The notes below the pieces were generated by a model. The model saw only the letters and a program-made list of their open reading frames with translations, made no database searches and was not told the DNA's origin. A program made the translations under genes and the position numbers. From an uncultured virus (IMG/VR IMGVR_UViG_3300047481_002482) (taxonomy: Duplodnaviria; Heunggongvirae; Uroviricota; Caudoviricetes), in IMG/VR virus record IMGVR_UViG_3300047481_002482: 64,000 nucleotides of DNA; one strand, given 5' to 3'. Shown here one piece after another: positions 8,383-18,749 of this stretch; position 1 is the first letter of the stretch; each line of letters starts with the position of its first letter.

Positions 8383-11043
8383 ATCAGCTATATTGACGCA
8401 CTCTTCGATAGAGACAGAGATCGCATACACGTTGTAGGACGCCGTGATGGCGAACGGTACTACGAAGAACATCCTGCCTCCTACGTGTTCTATTATGACG
8501 ATCCTCGGGGCAAGTTCCGCTCAATCTTTGGCTCTCCGGTAGCCAGATTTTCTACACGCAACAACAAAGAGTTCCGCAAAGAGATGGCCATACAACGAGG
8601 CAAGACCCTGTATGAAGCTGATATCAATCCCATATTCCGTTGTCTAGAAGAAAACTACAAAGGCATAGATGCACCTCGCTTGCACACTGCATTCTTCGAC
8701 ATCGAAGTAGATTTCGATCCTGAACGCGGATTCAGTCGTCCAGAAGATCCCTTCAACCCCATCACGGCTATCTCTGTGTATCTAAATTGGCTGGATCAGT
8801 TAGTGACCTTGGTACGTCCTCCCAGGCACGTGAGCCAGACCACGGCCAACGAGATCGCCGCTGAATTTCCAAATACCTTCGTGTTCTGGGAAGAACGAGA
8901 TTTGTTAGACACCTTCCTCAATCTCATACAAGACGCAGATGTGCTCAGTGGCTGGAACTCCGAAGGCTATGACATCCCTTACACCATACAGCGTACCACG
9001 CGAGTGCTCAGCAAAGATGACACCAGACGGTTTTGTCTCTGGGAGCAGATGCCTAAACAGAGAACTTTTGAACGTTTTGGTGCTGAAAATATTACATTTG
9101 ATCTCATTGGTCGAGTGCATCTGGATTACATGCAGTTGTATCGCAAATATACCTATGAAGAACGGCACAGCTACAGCCTGGATGCCATCCTGGAATATGA
9201 AGAACTGGGTGGCAAGACCCGATTCGAAGGTACGCTAGATCAACTCTACAATCAGAACTGGAAGACCTTCATCGAGTACAATCGGCAGGACGTGCGCGGA
9301 CTGGCCGACATCGATCGCAAACTGAGATTCCTAGATCTGGCCAATACCTTGGCACATGAAAACACTGTGCTGTTGCCCACCACCATGGGTGCTGTGGCTG
9401 TGACAGAGCAGGCCATCATCAATGAAGCCCATGAGCGAGGCATGGTGGTGCCTGTGAGAAAAGAGCGTCTTACCGATGATGACACCCAGGCCGCAGGTGC
9501 CTACGTGGCCTATCCCAAGAAAGGCATGCACCACTGGGTGGGCTCAATCGACATCAACAGCCTTTATCCTTCTGCGATCCGAGCACTCAACATGGGACCA
9601 GAGACCATCATAGGCCAACTCCGTCCCATCATGACCGACCGTTACATCGCCGATCGGCAACGGAGTGGCAGCAGTTTTGCGGCGGCCTGGGAAGGCCTGT
9701 TTGGTACCCTCGAGTACACCGCTGTCATGGAACAACAACGCGGTACGGAAATAACCATAGACTGGCAGGACGGAGATGAATCCATACACTCAGCGGCTGA
9801 AGTATGGAAGATGATCTTTGACTCAAATCAGCCTTGGATGATTTCCGCCAACGGTACCATATTCACCTATGAAACCGAAGCAGTGATTCCTGGTCTGCTC
9901 AAGCGTTGGTATGCCGAACGCCGAGACATGCAGGCACGACTCAAAGAATGCTCCACCCCAGAAGACGAAGAATACTGGGACAAACGGCAGTTGGTGAAAA
10001 AGATCAATCTCAACAGTCTCTATGGTGCCATTCTTAACCCTGGCTGCAGGTTCTTTGACAAACGCATTGGTCAATCAACCACGCTCACAGGCCGGGCTAT
10101 CGCACAGCATATGGATGCCTATGTGAACGAGTGCATCACAGGCCGATATGATCATGTGGGTGATGCCATCATCTATGGCGACACAGATTCTTGTTATTTT
10201 TCTGCATGGCCTGTGCTGCGACCAGAGATAGAAGCAGGACACATGGCCTGGTCGAAAGAGACCTGCATCGCGCTGTATGATTCGATCGCTAATCAGGTGA
10301 ACCAGAGTTTTCCGGGATTCATGGAACAGGCCTTCCATGTGCCTCGAGAGATGGGAGAGGTCATACGCGGCGGTCGGGAGGTAGTGGCATCTCGGGGTCT
10401 GTTTATCACTAAGAAACGCTATGCTGTGATGATCATCGACAAGGAAGGGCGACGAGTGGATGTTAACGGCAGCCCTGGCAAGGTCAAGGCCATGGGTCTA
10501 GATCTCAAGCGGTCGGACACACCCAAGATCATCCAGGATTTCCTCAGCGAAGTGCTCACGGATGTCTTGACCGGTGAGACCAGAGATGCTGTGGTTGAAA
10601 AGATCAGAGAGTTCAAATATGCCTTCGCGGAACGCCCGGGATGGGAAAAAGGATCACCCAAGCGCATCAACAATCTCACCCAGTACTCCAAACGAGAAGA
10701 ACGAGAAGGTCGTGCCAACATGCCAGGTCATGTGCGAGCGGGCATGAACTGGAACACCATGAGACGTATGAACTCAGACAACTACAGCATGCAGATAGTA
10801 GATGGTATGAAAGCCATCGTGTGTAAACTCAAATCCAATGCACTAGGCTGGACATCAATCGCTTACCCTACAGATGAACTGCACTTGCCGCAATGGTTCC
10901 GCGAACTGCCGTTTGATGATGCAGAGATGGAGGCCACAGTGGTAGATCAGAAGATCGACAATCTCCTGGGAGTGTTGGACTGGGATCTAGTCAGTGCCAC
11001 CAACACAGAAAATACCTTCCAAAACTTGTTTGATTTCCAATGA
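8383..11043 (+). CDS. polB: Family B DNA polymerase with 3'-5' exonuclease; probable ATC start at 8383 (track start 8485)
   Basis: FFDIEV ExoI, DINSLYPS, KINLNSLYG, YGDTDS, KKRY motifs; frame open back to ATC 8383 behind GGAG. Confidence 0.95.
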   Translation: MSYIDALFDRDRDRIHVVGRRDGERYYEEHPASYVFYYDDPRGKFRSIFGSPVARFSTRNNKEFRKEMAIQRGKTLYEADINPIFRCLEENYKGIDAPRLHTAFFDIEVDFDPERGFSRPEDPFNPITAISVYLNWLDQLVTLVRPPRHVSQTTANEIAAEFPNTFVFWEERDLLDTFLNLIQDADVLSGWNSEGYDIPYTIQRTTRVLSKDDTRRFCLWEQMPKQRTFERFGAENITFDLIGRVHLDYMQLYRKYTYEERHSYSLDAILEYEELGGKTRFEGTLDQLYNQNWKTFIEYNRQDVRGLADIDRKLRFLDLANTLAHENTVLLPTTMGAVAVTEQAIINEAHERGMVVPVRKERLTDDDTQAAGAYVAYPKKGMHHWVGSIDINSLYPSAIRALNMGPETIIGQLRPIMTDRYIADRQRSGSSFAAAWEGLFGTLEYTAVMEQQRGTEITIDWQDGDESIHSAAEVWKMIFDSNQPWMISANGTIFTYETEAVIPGLLKRWYAERRDMQARLKECSTPEDEEYWDKRQLVKKINLNSLYGAILNPGCRFFDKRIGQSTTLTGRAIAQHMDAYVNECITGRYDHVGDAIIYGDTDSCYFSAWPVLRPEIEAGHMAWSKETCIALYDSIANQVNQSFPGFMEQAFHVPREMGEVIRGGREVVASRGLFITKKRYAVMIIDKEGRRVDVNGSPGKVKAMGLDLKRSDTPKIIQDFLSEVLTDVLTGETRDAVVEKIREFKYAFAERPGWEKGSPKRINNLTQYSKREEREGRANMPGHVRAGMNWNTMRRMNSDNYSMQIVDGMKAIVCKLKSNALGWTSIAYPTDELHLPQWFRELPFDDAEMEATVVDQKIDNLLGVLDWDLVSATNTENTFQNLFDFQ

Positions 11044-11984
11044 AGCTCAGCGAACTCGTCCGTCTGCTCAACAACATCGACCAACAGCCGCAACCAGATT
11101 CTCGCGCCATCTGCCAGAAAGAACTAGGCGAACTGGTGCGAACTGTTAAAGAAGGGCAACCACAGCTGCCGGGTTGCATCGCCAATCTCCAACAGGATTA
11201 TCAGGCTATCAAACAGCTTTTGGATCAATTTTGCGACCATGTGTCCCACACTCGCCAAGAGATCCAGCAGCTGATAGAGGCCATGCAGCCCAGTTATTTT
11301 TCGTCCAGCTATCGATTGCATGACGAAGGCATGGTAAATGACTCCGATCAGCACATCCTAGACAGACGGCCTACCTTGCGGCTAGAAGTCGAACAGTATA
11401 TAGCAGCCCGCATAAGCCTGCACAGCGATTGGCATCATGCTGCCTTGGTAATCAGACCTGCTGCAGGAGAATGGCTGCAGTGGATGGTAGGAGCAGATCC
11501 ATTGTATCTAGCGGATATACGGTCTAGCCTCCTGCAACCCGCTAAAGGCCAGTTTACCCCTGAATACCAGCGCAGGCTCCGGTCCTATGTACTCAGAGAG
11601 AACGATACCGAAGGCCGGGTGCTGAGAGATATTCCAGACGGTCAGTTTGGATTTTGCGTGGCAATAAACTTTTTCCATTACAAACCTTTTGAGATCATAC
11701 GGCTTTATCTGGACGAAATCTACCGCAAGCTCAAACCTGGTGGAGTGCTGGCATTCACTTTCAATGATTGCGATCTCTGGGGTGGGGTAGAACTAGCTGA
11801 AAGGTCTTTTATGTGCTATACGCCTGGCGGCTTGCTGCGTAGCCTTTGTGAAAGCTTGGGCTTCGAGATTACCCAACACTATCTCATAGATCACTCAAAT
11901 ACCTGGTTAGAGATGCGTAAGCCTGGAGTTCTGACCAGTTTGAGAGGTGGTCAGAGCTTAGCCAAAATTGTCGCGAATCAATGA
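11040..11984 (+). CDS. Coiled-coil plus class I SAM-methyltransferase-like domain protein
   Basis: NFFHY...YLDEIYRKLKPGG.LAFTF motif. Confidence 0.6.
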   Translation: MKLSELVRLLNNIDQQPQPDSRAICQKELGELVRTVKEGQPQLPGCIANLQQDYQAIKQLLDQFCDHVSHTRQEIQQLIEAMQPSYFSSSYRLHDEGMVNDSDQHILDRRPTLRLEVEQYIAARISLHSDWHHAALVIRPAAGEWLQWMVGADPLYLADIRSSLLQPAKGQFTPEYQRRLRSYVLRENDTEGRVLRDIPDGQFGFCVAINFFHYKPFEIIRLYLDEIYRKLKPGGVLAFTFNDCDLWGGVELAERSFMCYTPGGLLRSLCESLGFEITQHYLIDHSNTWLEMRKPGVLTSLRGGQSLAKIVANQ

Positions 11985-12023
11985 AACGATCTATATAGTA
12001 GTATCAACCAACGGAGAACCTCA

Positions 12024-12755
12024 ATGAGAGACCATTTGCTCGACCTAGTAGAACACACACACGATCTTGGCTGTATCGACCTTGTCAAGATCACTGGCAC
12101 CGCCAAAGAAACCGTGATCGATGGCATTGCCGAAGATCGTTCGGTGGTAGTGCAGGGGCGATTCCTCACACCAGTCGCTGACTTCATCGGCACATTTGGC
12201 ATGCCCAATCTTACCAAACTCAAGATCCTGCTGAACCTGGCAGAGTATCGAGAGTTGGCAGAGATCACGGTAAAGCGCCAGGAACGCAACGGCGAACAGG
12301 CCCCGGTAGGCCTGCACTTCAAGAACGCTGCAGGAGATTTCAAGAACGACTACAGATTCATGACATCTGAGATCGTGGCAGAGAAACTGAAAACCGCCAA
12401 GTTCCGCGGTGCCAACTGGAACATCGAGTTTGAACCTACCATCGCTGGTATCCAGCGCCTCAAGATGCAGGCACAGGCCAATGCGGAAGAAAACACTTTC
12501 CAGACCCGCACAGACGCCGGAGACCTCAAGTTCATGTTTGGTGATCATAGCACACATGCCGGAGAATTCGTTTTCCATCCTGCGGTCACAGGCGAACTTA
12601 AACGCGCATGGGCCTGGCCGGTAAAGCAGGTCATAGCCATCATGGATCTTACAGGGGACAAGATCGTAAAGATATCAGATGATGGCGCTGCCCAAATCAC
12701 GGTGAATTCTGGCATAGCGGAATACAACTACATCCTGCCGGCGCAGAGCAAGTGA
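12024..12755 (+). CDS. Probable sliding-clamp-like replication protein
   Basis: 243 aa, beta-rich, ends YNYILPAQ like PCNA/gp45-type clamps; located after polymerase. Confidence 0.5.
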   Translation: MRDHLLDLVEHTHDLGCIDLVKITGTAKETVIDGIAEDRSVVVQGRFLTPVADFIGTFGMPNLTKLKILLNLAEYRELAEITVKRQERNGEQAPVGLHFKNAAGDFKNDYRFMTSEIVAEKLKTAKFRGANWNIEFEPTIAGIQRLKMQAQANAEENTFQTRTDAGDLKFMFGDHSTHAGEFVFHPAVTGELKRAWAWPVKQVIAIMDLTGDKIVKISDDGAAQITVNSGIAEYNYILPAQSK

Positions 12756-14278
12756 TCGAGCAGGACGATCTCACCAGCAAGCAGCAGGACTATGCAATAT
12801 TCCTTCCGGCGATCAGTTCGTTCTATGCCTCATACATAGGGCGGCAGAGATTTAGCCAATACATAGAACAGACCCGCATGCCCACGGGCATACCAGACAT
12901 GGAGCAGATGAACTGGTTGGATCCGCAGAAGGCACTGTTCCCTTATCGATGGAGCCTGTATTCTGCGGGACATGCCAATCTGGATCTTGTCAAGCAGGAT
13001 CCTAAAGAAGACATGATCAGGAACAGAGATCCTAATACCGTGATGCTGGCCGACTCAGGCGGATTCCAGATCGCCAAGGGTGTGTGGCCCGGACGCTGGG
13101 CAGATTTCGCAGACAAAAAAGCCGAAGCACAAAGAGAAAAAGTCCTCAAATGGCAGATGAACATAGCCACTTATGGCATGACCATGGACATACCTACCTG
13201 GACCTTCCGTGACCCAGTGGCAGCACAGGCTTGTGGAATCTTCAGTTACGAAGATGCTGTCAAGGCCACGCAGTACAACAATGAGTTTTGGATCGCGAAT
13301 CGCTATGGCGAAACCCGGATACTCAATGTGCTCCAGGGCGGTAATCATGGCGAAGCGGATCACTGGTATGATCTCATGAAGGCATATTCGGATCCTAAAA
13401 AATATCCCGATCGGCATTTCAATGGCTGGGGCATGGGAGGCCAGAACATGTGTGATGTGCACCTGGTGCTGCGACGCCTTGTACATCTCATACACGATGG
13501 ATTGCTGGAGCCAGGCGTGCATGATTGGATGCACTTCCTGGGCACGAGCCGGCTGGAATGGGCAGTGCTGCTCACAGACATACAGCGAGCTGTGCGACAG
13601 TATGCCAATCCGCGATTCACCATATCATTCGACTGTGCCTCGCCGTTCCTGGCTACCGCTAATGGTCAGTTATATCACAGCATCCTCGCTGAGAATCGAT
13701 CTAAGTGGTCATACCAGATGGCTGCCACCGCTGATGACAAGCGGTATGCCACAGACAACCGATCATTCCGAGATGCTGTGACGCAGGATGGTATACATCC
13801 AACCTTTGAGGACAGCCCGATTTCTACCCGGTTGAAGATACGAGATGTGTGTATATACCGACCTGGTGACAAAAACAAGATTGGAAAAGAAGGCACGACC
13901 TCTTGGGATAGTTTCAGTTATGCTCTCATGATGGGACACAATGTATGGATGCATATCGAAGCGGTACAGCGTGCCAATCGCCAATACGATCTGGGTATTT
14001 GTCCAGACATGATGGTACATCCTAATGATCCCAATTTTGATGTGCGTCGCGTGATCAATCAGGTGTTCGCGGCCAGAGATCGCTCAAAATCATTGGCCAT
14101 AATCGACGATCATGCTAAAGTATGGGAAAGGGTAGTGGGCACACGCGGATTTACCGGAAAGCGGGCAGTGAACGCACACAGCCAATTCAACAGCCTTTTT
14201 GATATAGACGAAGAGATCGAAGTGGACGAAGAGTTTGACCAGAGCAAACTTGATCAACTGGAGAAGATAGATGAATAG
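12752..14278 (+). CDS. dpdA: tRNA-guanine transglycosylase-like protein, probable DNA 7-deazaguanine inserting enzyme
   Basis: DSGGFQ, MDIP, VLQG, HFLG, SFDCASP TGT-fold motifs; co-occurs with folE/queD/queE. Confidence 0.8.
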   Translation: MIEQDDLTSKQQDYAIFLPAISSFYASYIGRQRFSQYIEQTRMPTGIPDMEQMNWLDPQKALFPYRWSLYSAGHANLDLVKQDPKEDMIRNRDPNTVMLADSGGFQIAKGVWPGRWADFADKKAEAQREKVLKWQMNIATYGMTMDIPTWTFRDPVAAQACGIFSYEDAVKATQYNNEFWIANRYGETRILNVLQGGNHGEADHWYDLMKAYSDPKKYPDRHFNGWGMGGQNMCDVHLVLRRLVHLIHDGLLEPGVHDWMHFLGTSRLEWAVLLTDIQRAVRQYANPRFTISFDCASPFLATANGQLYHSILAENRSKWSYQMAATADDKRYATDNRSFRDAVTQDGIHPTFEDSPISTRLKIRDVCIYRPGDKNKIGKEGTTSWDSFSYALMMGHNVWMHIEAVQRANRQYDLGICPDMMVHPNDPNFDVRRVINQVFAARDRSKSLAIIDDHAKVWERVVGTRGFTGKRAVNAHSQFNSLFDIDEEIEVDEEFDQSKLDQLEKIDE

Positions 14279-14855
14279 AGCAGGACACGCCGATGCCGAA
14301 TTCTTTTTCGGGCATGAAGTAGAACACACGCCGGCTTTCCTCAAGCACACCTTGTTCGTGATAGGCTATCACACGCAGGAAGAGATCGATCAGCAACTGG
14401 ACACACCAAGGCCAGTGGAGCACATCTTCTTTGGTGCCAACGACAGTTATCGACCCATGACCTCTGCCGATTATACCGCATGGGAATCAGTGATCTCTAC
14501 TTATCTGGATCGCGGATTCTGGTGCAGCCTGGACATACCTTTTGAATATGTAGAGGAATTCAACGATGGTGGCCTGTGCGAGCGAGACCGGTTCATACCC
14601 ATCATCAAGGTCGCCATCCCTTACATCAAACTCTGGAACTACAATACCTGCGTGAAGATCGACGACCGAGATTTCGCCGCCACCAATCCTGGTGTGTGGG
14701 TGCATGAACTGAGAGATCTTATGGGGCGCGATCGATTCACTGGCTGGTCGGACTACAGTGAGGACGAAGTTGTGCCGGTGGGTGCCAAAGTAGACCGAGA
14801 AGGAGTGTTGGACAGCCAGTATCCCGATGGTGACGACTACTGGAGGGCCACATGA
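14271..14855 (+). CDS. Hypothetical protein coupled to dpdA
   Basis: 194 aa; FFG.EVE.TPA, HIFFGAN, KIDD.DF.ATNPGVW. Confidence 0.7.
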   Translation: MNRAGHADAEFFFGHEVEHTPAFLKHTLFVIGYHTQEEIDQQLDTPRPVEHIFFGANDSYRPMTSADYTAWESVISTYLDRGFWCSLDIPFEYVEEFNDGGLCERDRFIPIIKVAIPYIKLWNYNTCVKIDDRDFAATNPGVWVHELRDLMGRDRFTGWSDYSEDEVVPVGAKVDREGVLDSQYPDGDDYWRAT

Positions 14856-14986
14856 AAGCATGGATAGCCGCCGCCATCATATGCGGCATCACTGCACTTA
14901 TCACAGCAGGCCTATGGTCTGTGAGGGACCAACATCTCGCATGGCATTTTTGGTTCTGCCAGTATTACGATTCCGAATGCCGTTGA
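14852..14986 (+). CDS. Small membrane protein, 44 aa (MKAWIAAAIICG...), not in track
   Basis: GGAGG RBS, ATGA overlap, hydrophobic N-terminus. Confidence 0.65.
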   Translation: MKAWIAAAIICGITALITAGLWSVRDQHLAWHFWFCQYYDSECR

Positions 14987-14987
14987 G

Positions 14988-15629
14988 ATGAATAAAATAG
15001 TCACGGTGTATGAAAGATTCCATGCCCGAGATCCCGAACCAAACCGTCCTCCTAGAGAAAAGATCTACGACAACGCATTCAAGAGTCTGGTCGGTGTCAC
15101 GCTGTCCGCACAGACCAAAGATGAGAGGACCGCAGAAGCCTGCCGCAATCTGTTCGCCCGGGCAGAAACACCGGAAGAGATCTTGGCCCTAGACCTAGAC
15201 GAACTCAAACAGTTGATCCGTCCCGCAGGCATGTACAACAACAAAGCGAAGAACCTACGGCTGATGAGCGAACAGTTATTGGCAAGACACGGCGGAATCG
15301 TGCCTAACGATCGCGAACAGTTGATGCAGTTGGCAGGTGTGGGACGCAAGAGCACAGACATCATGATGCGCTTCGTGTTCAACGAGCCTGCCATAGCCGT
15401 TGACACCCATGTGCATCGCATCGCCAACAGACTGGGTATCGCGAACACCCGGGCAGAACACAAGACCGCGGAGATACTGGAAAGGAATACACCGGACCAA
15501 TATCGCTGGGGTGCGCACGAATGGTTGATCGGCCATGGAAAATACACCTGCCGGGCTCGCAATCCTTTGTGCGATCGGTGTATGCTAGTGGACATATGTG
15601 ATTATCACAATCAAAAGGTGCGGCAATGA
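14988..15629 (+). CDS. nth: Endonuclease III (HhH-GPD glycosylase/AP lyase)
   Basis: LSAQT.D, L.GVGRKS HhH, VDTHV.R, C-x6-C-x2-C-x5-C 4Fe-4S motif. Confidence 0.95.
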   Translation: MNKIVTVYERFHARDPEPNRPPREKIYDNAFKSLVGVTLSAQTKDERTAEACRNLFARAETPEEILALDLDELKQLIRPAGMYNNKAKNLRLMSEQLLARHGGIVPNDREQLMQLAGVGRKSTDIMMRFVFNEPAIAVDTHVHRIANRLGIANTRAEHKTAEILERNTPDQYRWGAHEWLIGHGKYTCRARNPLCDRCMLVDICDYHNQKVRQ

Positions 15630-15940
15630 AATGGTTTGATCAGTGGTTCTTCAAGAAGTGGTGCTGGGCCTGGGAAAACAAAGACAATCCAGATGAGTTT
15701 AGAAACCAGATCCAGGCCAAACCCTCCACTGGCCTGGGCATCCTGGCCCCGGACGAGGCCTGGGAAGACGGTCTCCGCATCACTATAAAGAAAATGATCG
15801 GTGGATCAGTGGTGAGTTTCCGAGTCTATGACAAACGCACCGATCGCTCTGATATCCGCAACTACATCATCACGGACGAGCAGGATTTCAACACTGAACT
15901 GGGCAAGATCATAACCATGGAATCAATGAGGCAATCATGA
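15626..15940 (+). CDS. Hypothetical protein
   Basis: 104 aa; ATGA-coupled on both sides. Confidence 0.7.
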   Translation: MKWFDQWFFKKWCWAWENKDNPDEFRNQIQAKPSTGLGILAPDEAWEDGLRITIKKMIGGSVVSFRVYDKRTDRSDIRNYIITDEQDFNTELGKIITMESMRQS

Positions 15941-16377
15941 ACCAAGAACAGAGAGACACAGCAGATCGTATCGTGGCAGCAGCAGATAGAAAGATCTGGG
16001 TTACATTCAGGCGCGAAGGCATACATCGTTATCCAGCAGCGGCCACAGATCCTACACTGGCCACAGGTGATGAGTATGATGTTTCATTCTTAGCTCATCA
16101 TCATAGGCACATATTCCATTTCAGAGTGTGGATAGATGTGTTTCATTCTGACCGTGACATCGAGTTCATACAATTTAAGCGGTGGTTAGAAAACCTCTAC
16201 GACAAAGCAGTCATCCAACTAGATTATCAAAGTTGCGAGATGATCGCAGACGACCTATATATACAGATAGCAGATCGCTATCCTGATCGCACCGTGTGGA
16301 TCGAAGTCGCAGAAGACGGTGAGAATGGATGTGTGATCCACTACGAAACCCATCAACCTCAACGCATCTCAGTATAA
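15937..16377 (+). CDS. QueD-like T-fold protein, probable CDG decarboxylase (DpdL-like)
   Basis: LAHHHRHIF (LxxxHRHxF), RDIEFI, SCEMIA, V.EDGENG. Confidence 0.65.
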   Translation: MNQEQRDTADRIVAAADRKIWVTFRREGIHRYPAAATDPTLATGDEYDVSFLAHHHRHIFHFRVWIDVFHSDRDIEFIQFKRWLENLYDKAVIQLDYQSCEMIADDLYIQIADRYPDRTVWIEVAEDGENGCVIHYETHQPQRISV

Positions 16378-16387
16378 GGAGACACAC

Positions 16388-16600
16388 ATGGCCAAACCAG
16401 CCATCCGGCACAATCCCCGAGTCACTGCTGTATTCGAGGATCTGGAGCAGTTCCTCAGGTTCTGTCAGGACTTTGGTTACCGATTCAACGAAGGCGATCT
16501 ATACAATTGGAAGAGCTATGCCTATCAGCAGTTCAACAAACACTTACAAGGCAAATTCGCCAAGGACATGTGGGCCATAGACAGCCGTAGGAGCCGCTGA
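16388..16600 (+). CDS. Hypothetical protein
   Basis: 70 aa; TAAGGAG RBS. Confidence 0.75.
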   Translation: MAKPAIRHNPRVTAVFEDLEQFLRFCQDFGYRFNEGDLYNWKSYAYQQFNKHLQGKFAKDMWAIDSRRSR

Positions 16601-17787
16601 TGCGCCGACTCTTCTATATGGGGTTGGAGTCGTATGAAGCACGCTACACGCTCCAGCTCACTGAATGGAATCGGCGTGTGTTTGATCGCCGGGGACTTGA
16701 TGTGGTATATGTGCCCGGCAGCACCATAGATGACACACAGTCGATCTCGGTGGGTCAGGTGCTAGATGCACACGGGCGCTCCTACTTCTCCATGAGCCAG
16801 ATGATGAACCTAGTGCAGATGATGCGCAACGGCGATGTCACAGCAGAAGATGTGATCTACTTCGAAGACATGTTCCAGCCTGGTATTGAAAGCCTGCCTT
16901 ATATCATCAATCAAATTCCTGCCAATCTCCGTCCCAGGATCTTTGTTCGCTGCCTTGCACAGGCCATTGATCCTGATGATTTCGTGCATGTCTGGGGCAT
17001 GGCGTCGTGGATGAGCACATATGAGCGCATGGTCAATCAAATCCCTGGTTTGACTGTGTTGGCCACCAACGAAGAAATGGTGGCGCACATGAGGATCGCG
17101 GGCTGGACCGCTCCCATCTACAATATCTCGGGCTTGGCCTTTGGCAAGGAGGAAGTGCTGGAGCGCATCGGTGGTGCTGATTGGGTCAGACCGTTCGGTG
17201 ATCGCACACGGCGCGTGGCCTTCGCGGCCAGATTCGACCAAGAAAAGCAGCCCAACTTCTACATGGATCTCATTGAACGGTATCGATTCCAAGGTCGGCA
17301 CCGAGACATCGAGTTCGCTGTGTTCTCCGGAGCGCCGTTGCGTAGCAACAACCACAGATATCTAGACCGTGCCCGAGCCATGCAAGCCGCCGGGCAATTG
17401 ATGATCTATGAGGACTTGAAGAAAAATGATTACTATCTTCTGCTCAATGATACTCGCGTGCTCTTTAATTGCGCCCTCCAAGATTGGGTTTCCAACACGG
17501 TCTCGGAGGCAGATACTCTGGGCTGTAATGTTCTATACCCTGCTTATCGTAGTTTCCCAGAGACCTTTGCCAACGACCCTGACAGGCTCTATGTTCCTTG
17601 GTCAATAGGCGATGCCTTCGTCAAACTGGAACACCTGCTGGATCAGCCGCACCACAACATGGGCTTGATCTCGGACTGGAACGATGGCACCATCGATCGC
17701 ATCGTGGACATCATCGCAGGACGCGGAGGCGAATGGAGCCGAGAAGGACCCCGTTATCGAGATCATGTGGCTGGAGCCAAATACTAA
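16600..17787 (+). CDS. GT-B glycosyltransferase
   Basis: RFDQEKQP and QDWVSNTVSEADTLGC sugar-nucleotide-binding region, YRSFPE. Confidence 0.7.
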   Translation: MRRLFYMGLESYEARYTLQLTEWNRRVFDRRGLDVVYVPGSTIDDTQSISVGQVLDAHGRSYFSMSQMMNLVQMMRNGDVTAEDVIYFEDMFQPGIESLPYIINQIPANLRPRIFVRCLAQAIDPDDFVHVWGMASWMSTYERMVNQIPGLTVLATNEEMVAHMRIAGWTAPIYNISGLAFGKEEVLERIGGADWVRPFGDRTRRVAFAARFDQEKQPNFYMDLIERYRFQGRHRDIEFAVFSGAPLRSNNHRYLDRARAMQAAGQLMIYEDLKKNDYYLLLNDTRVLFNCALQDWVSNTVSEADTLGCNVLYPAYRSFPETFANDPDRLYVPWSIGDAFVKLEHLLDQPHHNMGLISDWNDGTIDRIVDIIAGRGGEWSREGPRYRDHVAGAKY

Positions 17788-18749
17788 TGACCAAACCTCA
17801 AACTGTGATAGTCACGGGCGCCGCTGGTTATATCGGTGGTGAGACCATGTTGGTGTTGCGAGATCTGAACATTCCGGTGATCGGAGTGGACATGAAGGCC
17901 CTGCCCAAACACCTAAGATCTGTGCCGGATCGATTCTATCAAGAGGATTTCAGCAGCAGTTCTAGCCTAGAACTGATACGCGAGCATAAACCCGCAGCCG
18001 TGATACATTGTGCTGGTACTAGCCTGGTTGGACCATCGGTCACAGATCCAGAGCTGTATTATCGCAACAACTTCGTCAAAACCAAGATGCTTCTAGACTA
18101 TGTGGTCAAGACTGCACCTCGCACCCGAGTGATTTTTTCAAGTTCGGCTGCTGTGTACGGTGAACCAGTGATCACACCTTGCCAAGAATCAGATCCGCCC
18201 TTGCCCGTGAGCCCTTATGGTGAAAGCAAGCTCATGATCGAGCAGATGTTGGCTGCCTACCACCGAGCCTATGGATTGGATTATGTGGCTTTCAGATATT
18301 TCAATGCCTGCGGCGCAGACAACCAAAGCAGGCACGGCCAGGCACCTGGTGCTAGCCATATCATCGCTCGGGTGTTGGAAAGTCTGCGAGATAATACAGA
18401 GTTCACACTGCACGGGACGGACTATGCCACCGCGGATGGCACCTGCGTGAGAGACTATGTGCATGTGGAAGATATTGCGCTGGCACATCACATGTCCATC
18501 TATGATGTAGTGCCCAGTGGAGTGTACAATCTTGGCACATCAGTAGGTGCATCCAATCGCGAGATAATCACCACGGCCGAATCCGTTACCGGCCGCGAAC
18601 TACAATGTGCGACCGGCATCAGGCGAGCAGGTGATCCGGCTGTACTCACAGCCAGCAGCGAACGATTCAATCTTGTCACAGGATGGATACCTCGCTACAA
18701 TCTGCACGAAATCATCCAGCACGCCTGGCAGTGGTATCAACGATCATGA
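17787..18749 (+). CDS. galE: UDP-glucose 4-epimerase
   Basis: TGAAGYIG, FSSSAAVYG, YGESK, RYFNACG, DGTCVRDYVHV. Confidence 0.92.
   Translation: MTKPQTVIVTGAAGYIGGETMLVLRDLNIPVIGVDMKALPKHLRSVPDRFYQEDFSSSSSLELIREHKPAAVIHCAGTSLVGPSVTDPELYYRNNFVKTKMLLDYVVKTAPRTRVIFSSSAAVYGEPVITPCQESDPPLPVSPYGESKLMIEQMLAAYHRAYGLDYVAFRYFNACGADNQSRHGQAPGASHIIARVLESLRDNTEFTLHGTDYATADGTCVRDYVHVEDIALAHHMSIYDVVPSGVYNLGTSVGASNREIITTAESVTGRELQCATGIRRAGDPAVLTASSERFNLVTGWIPRYNLHEIIQHAWQWYQRS

Noticed and set aside
8383..11043. Intein or intron in the polymerase
   Set aside because: Length and motif spacing are normal; no splice-junction motifs
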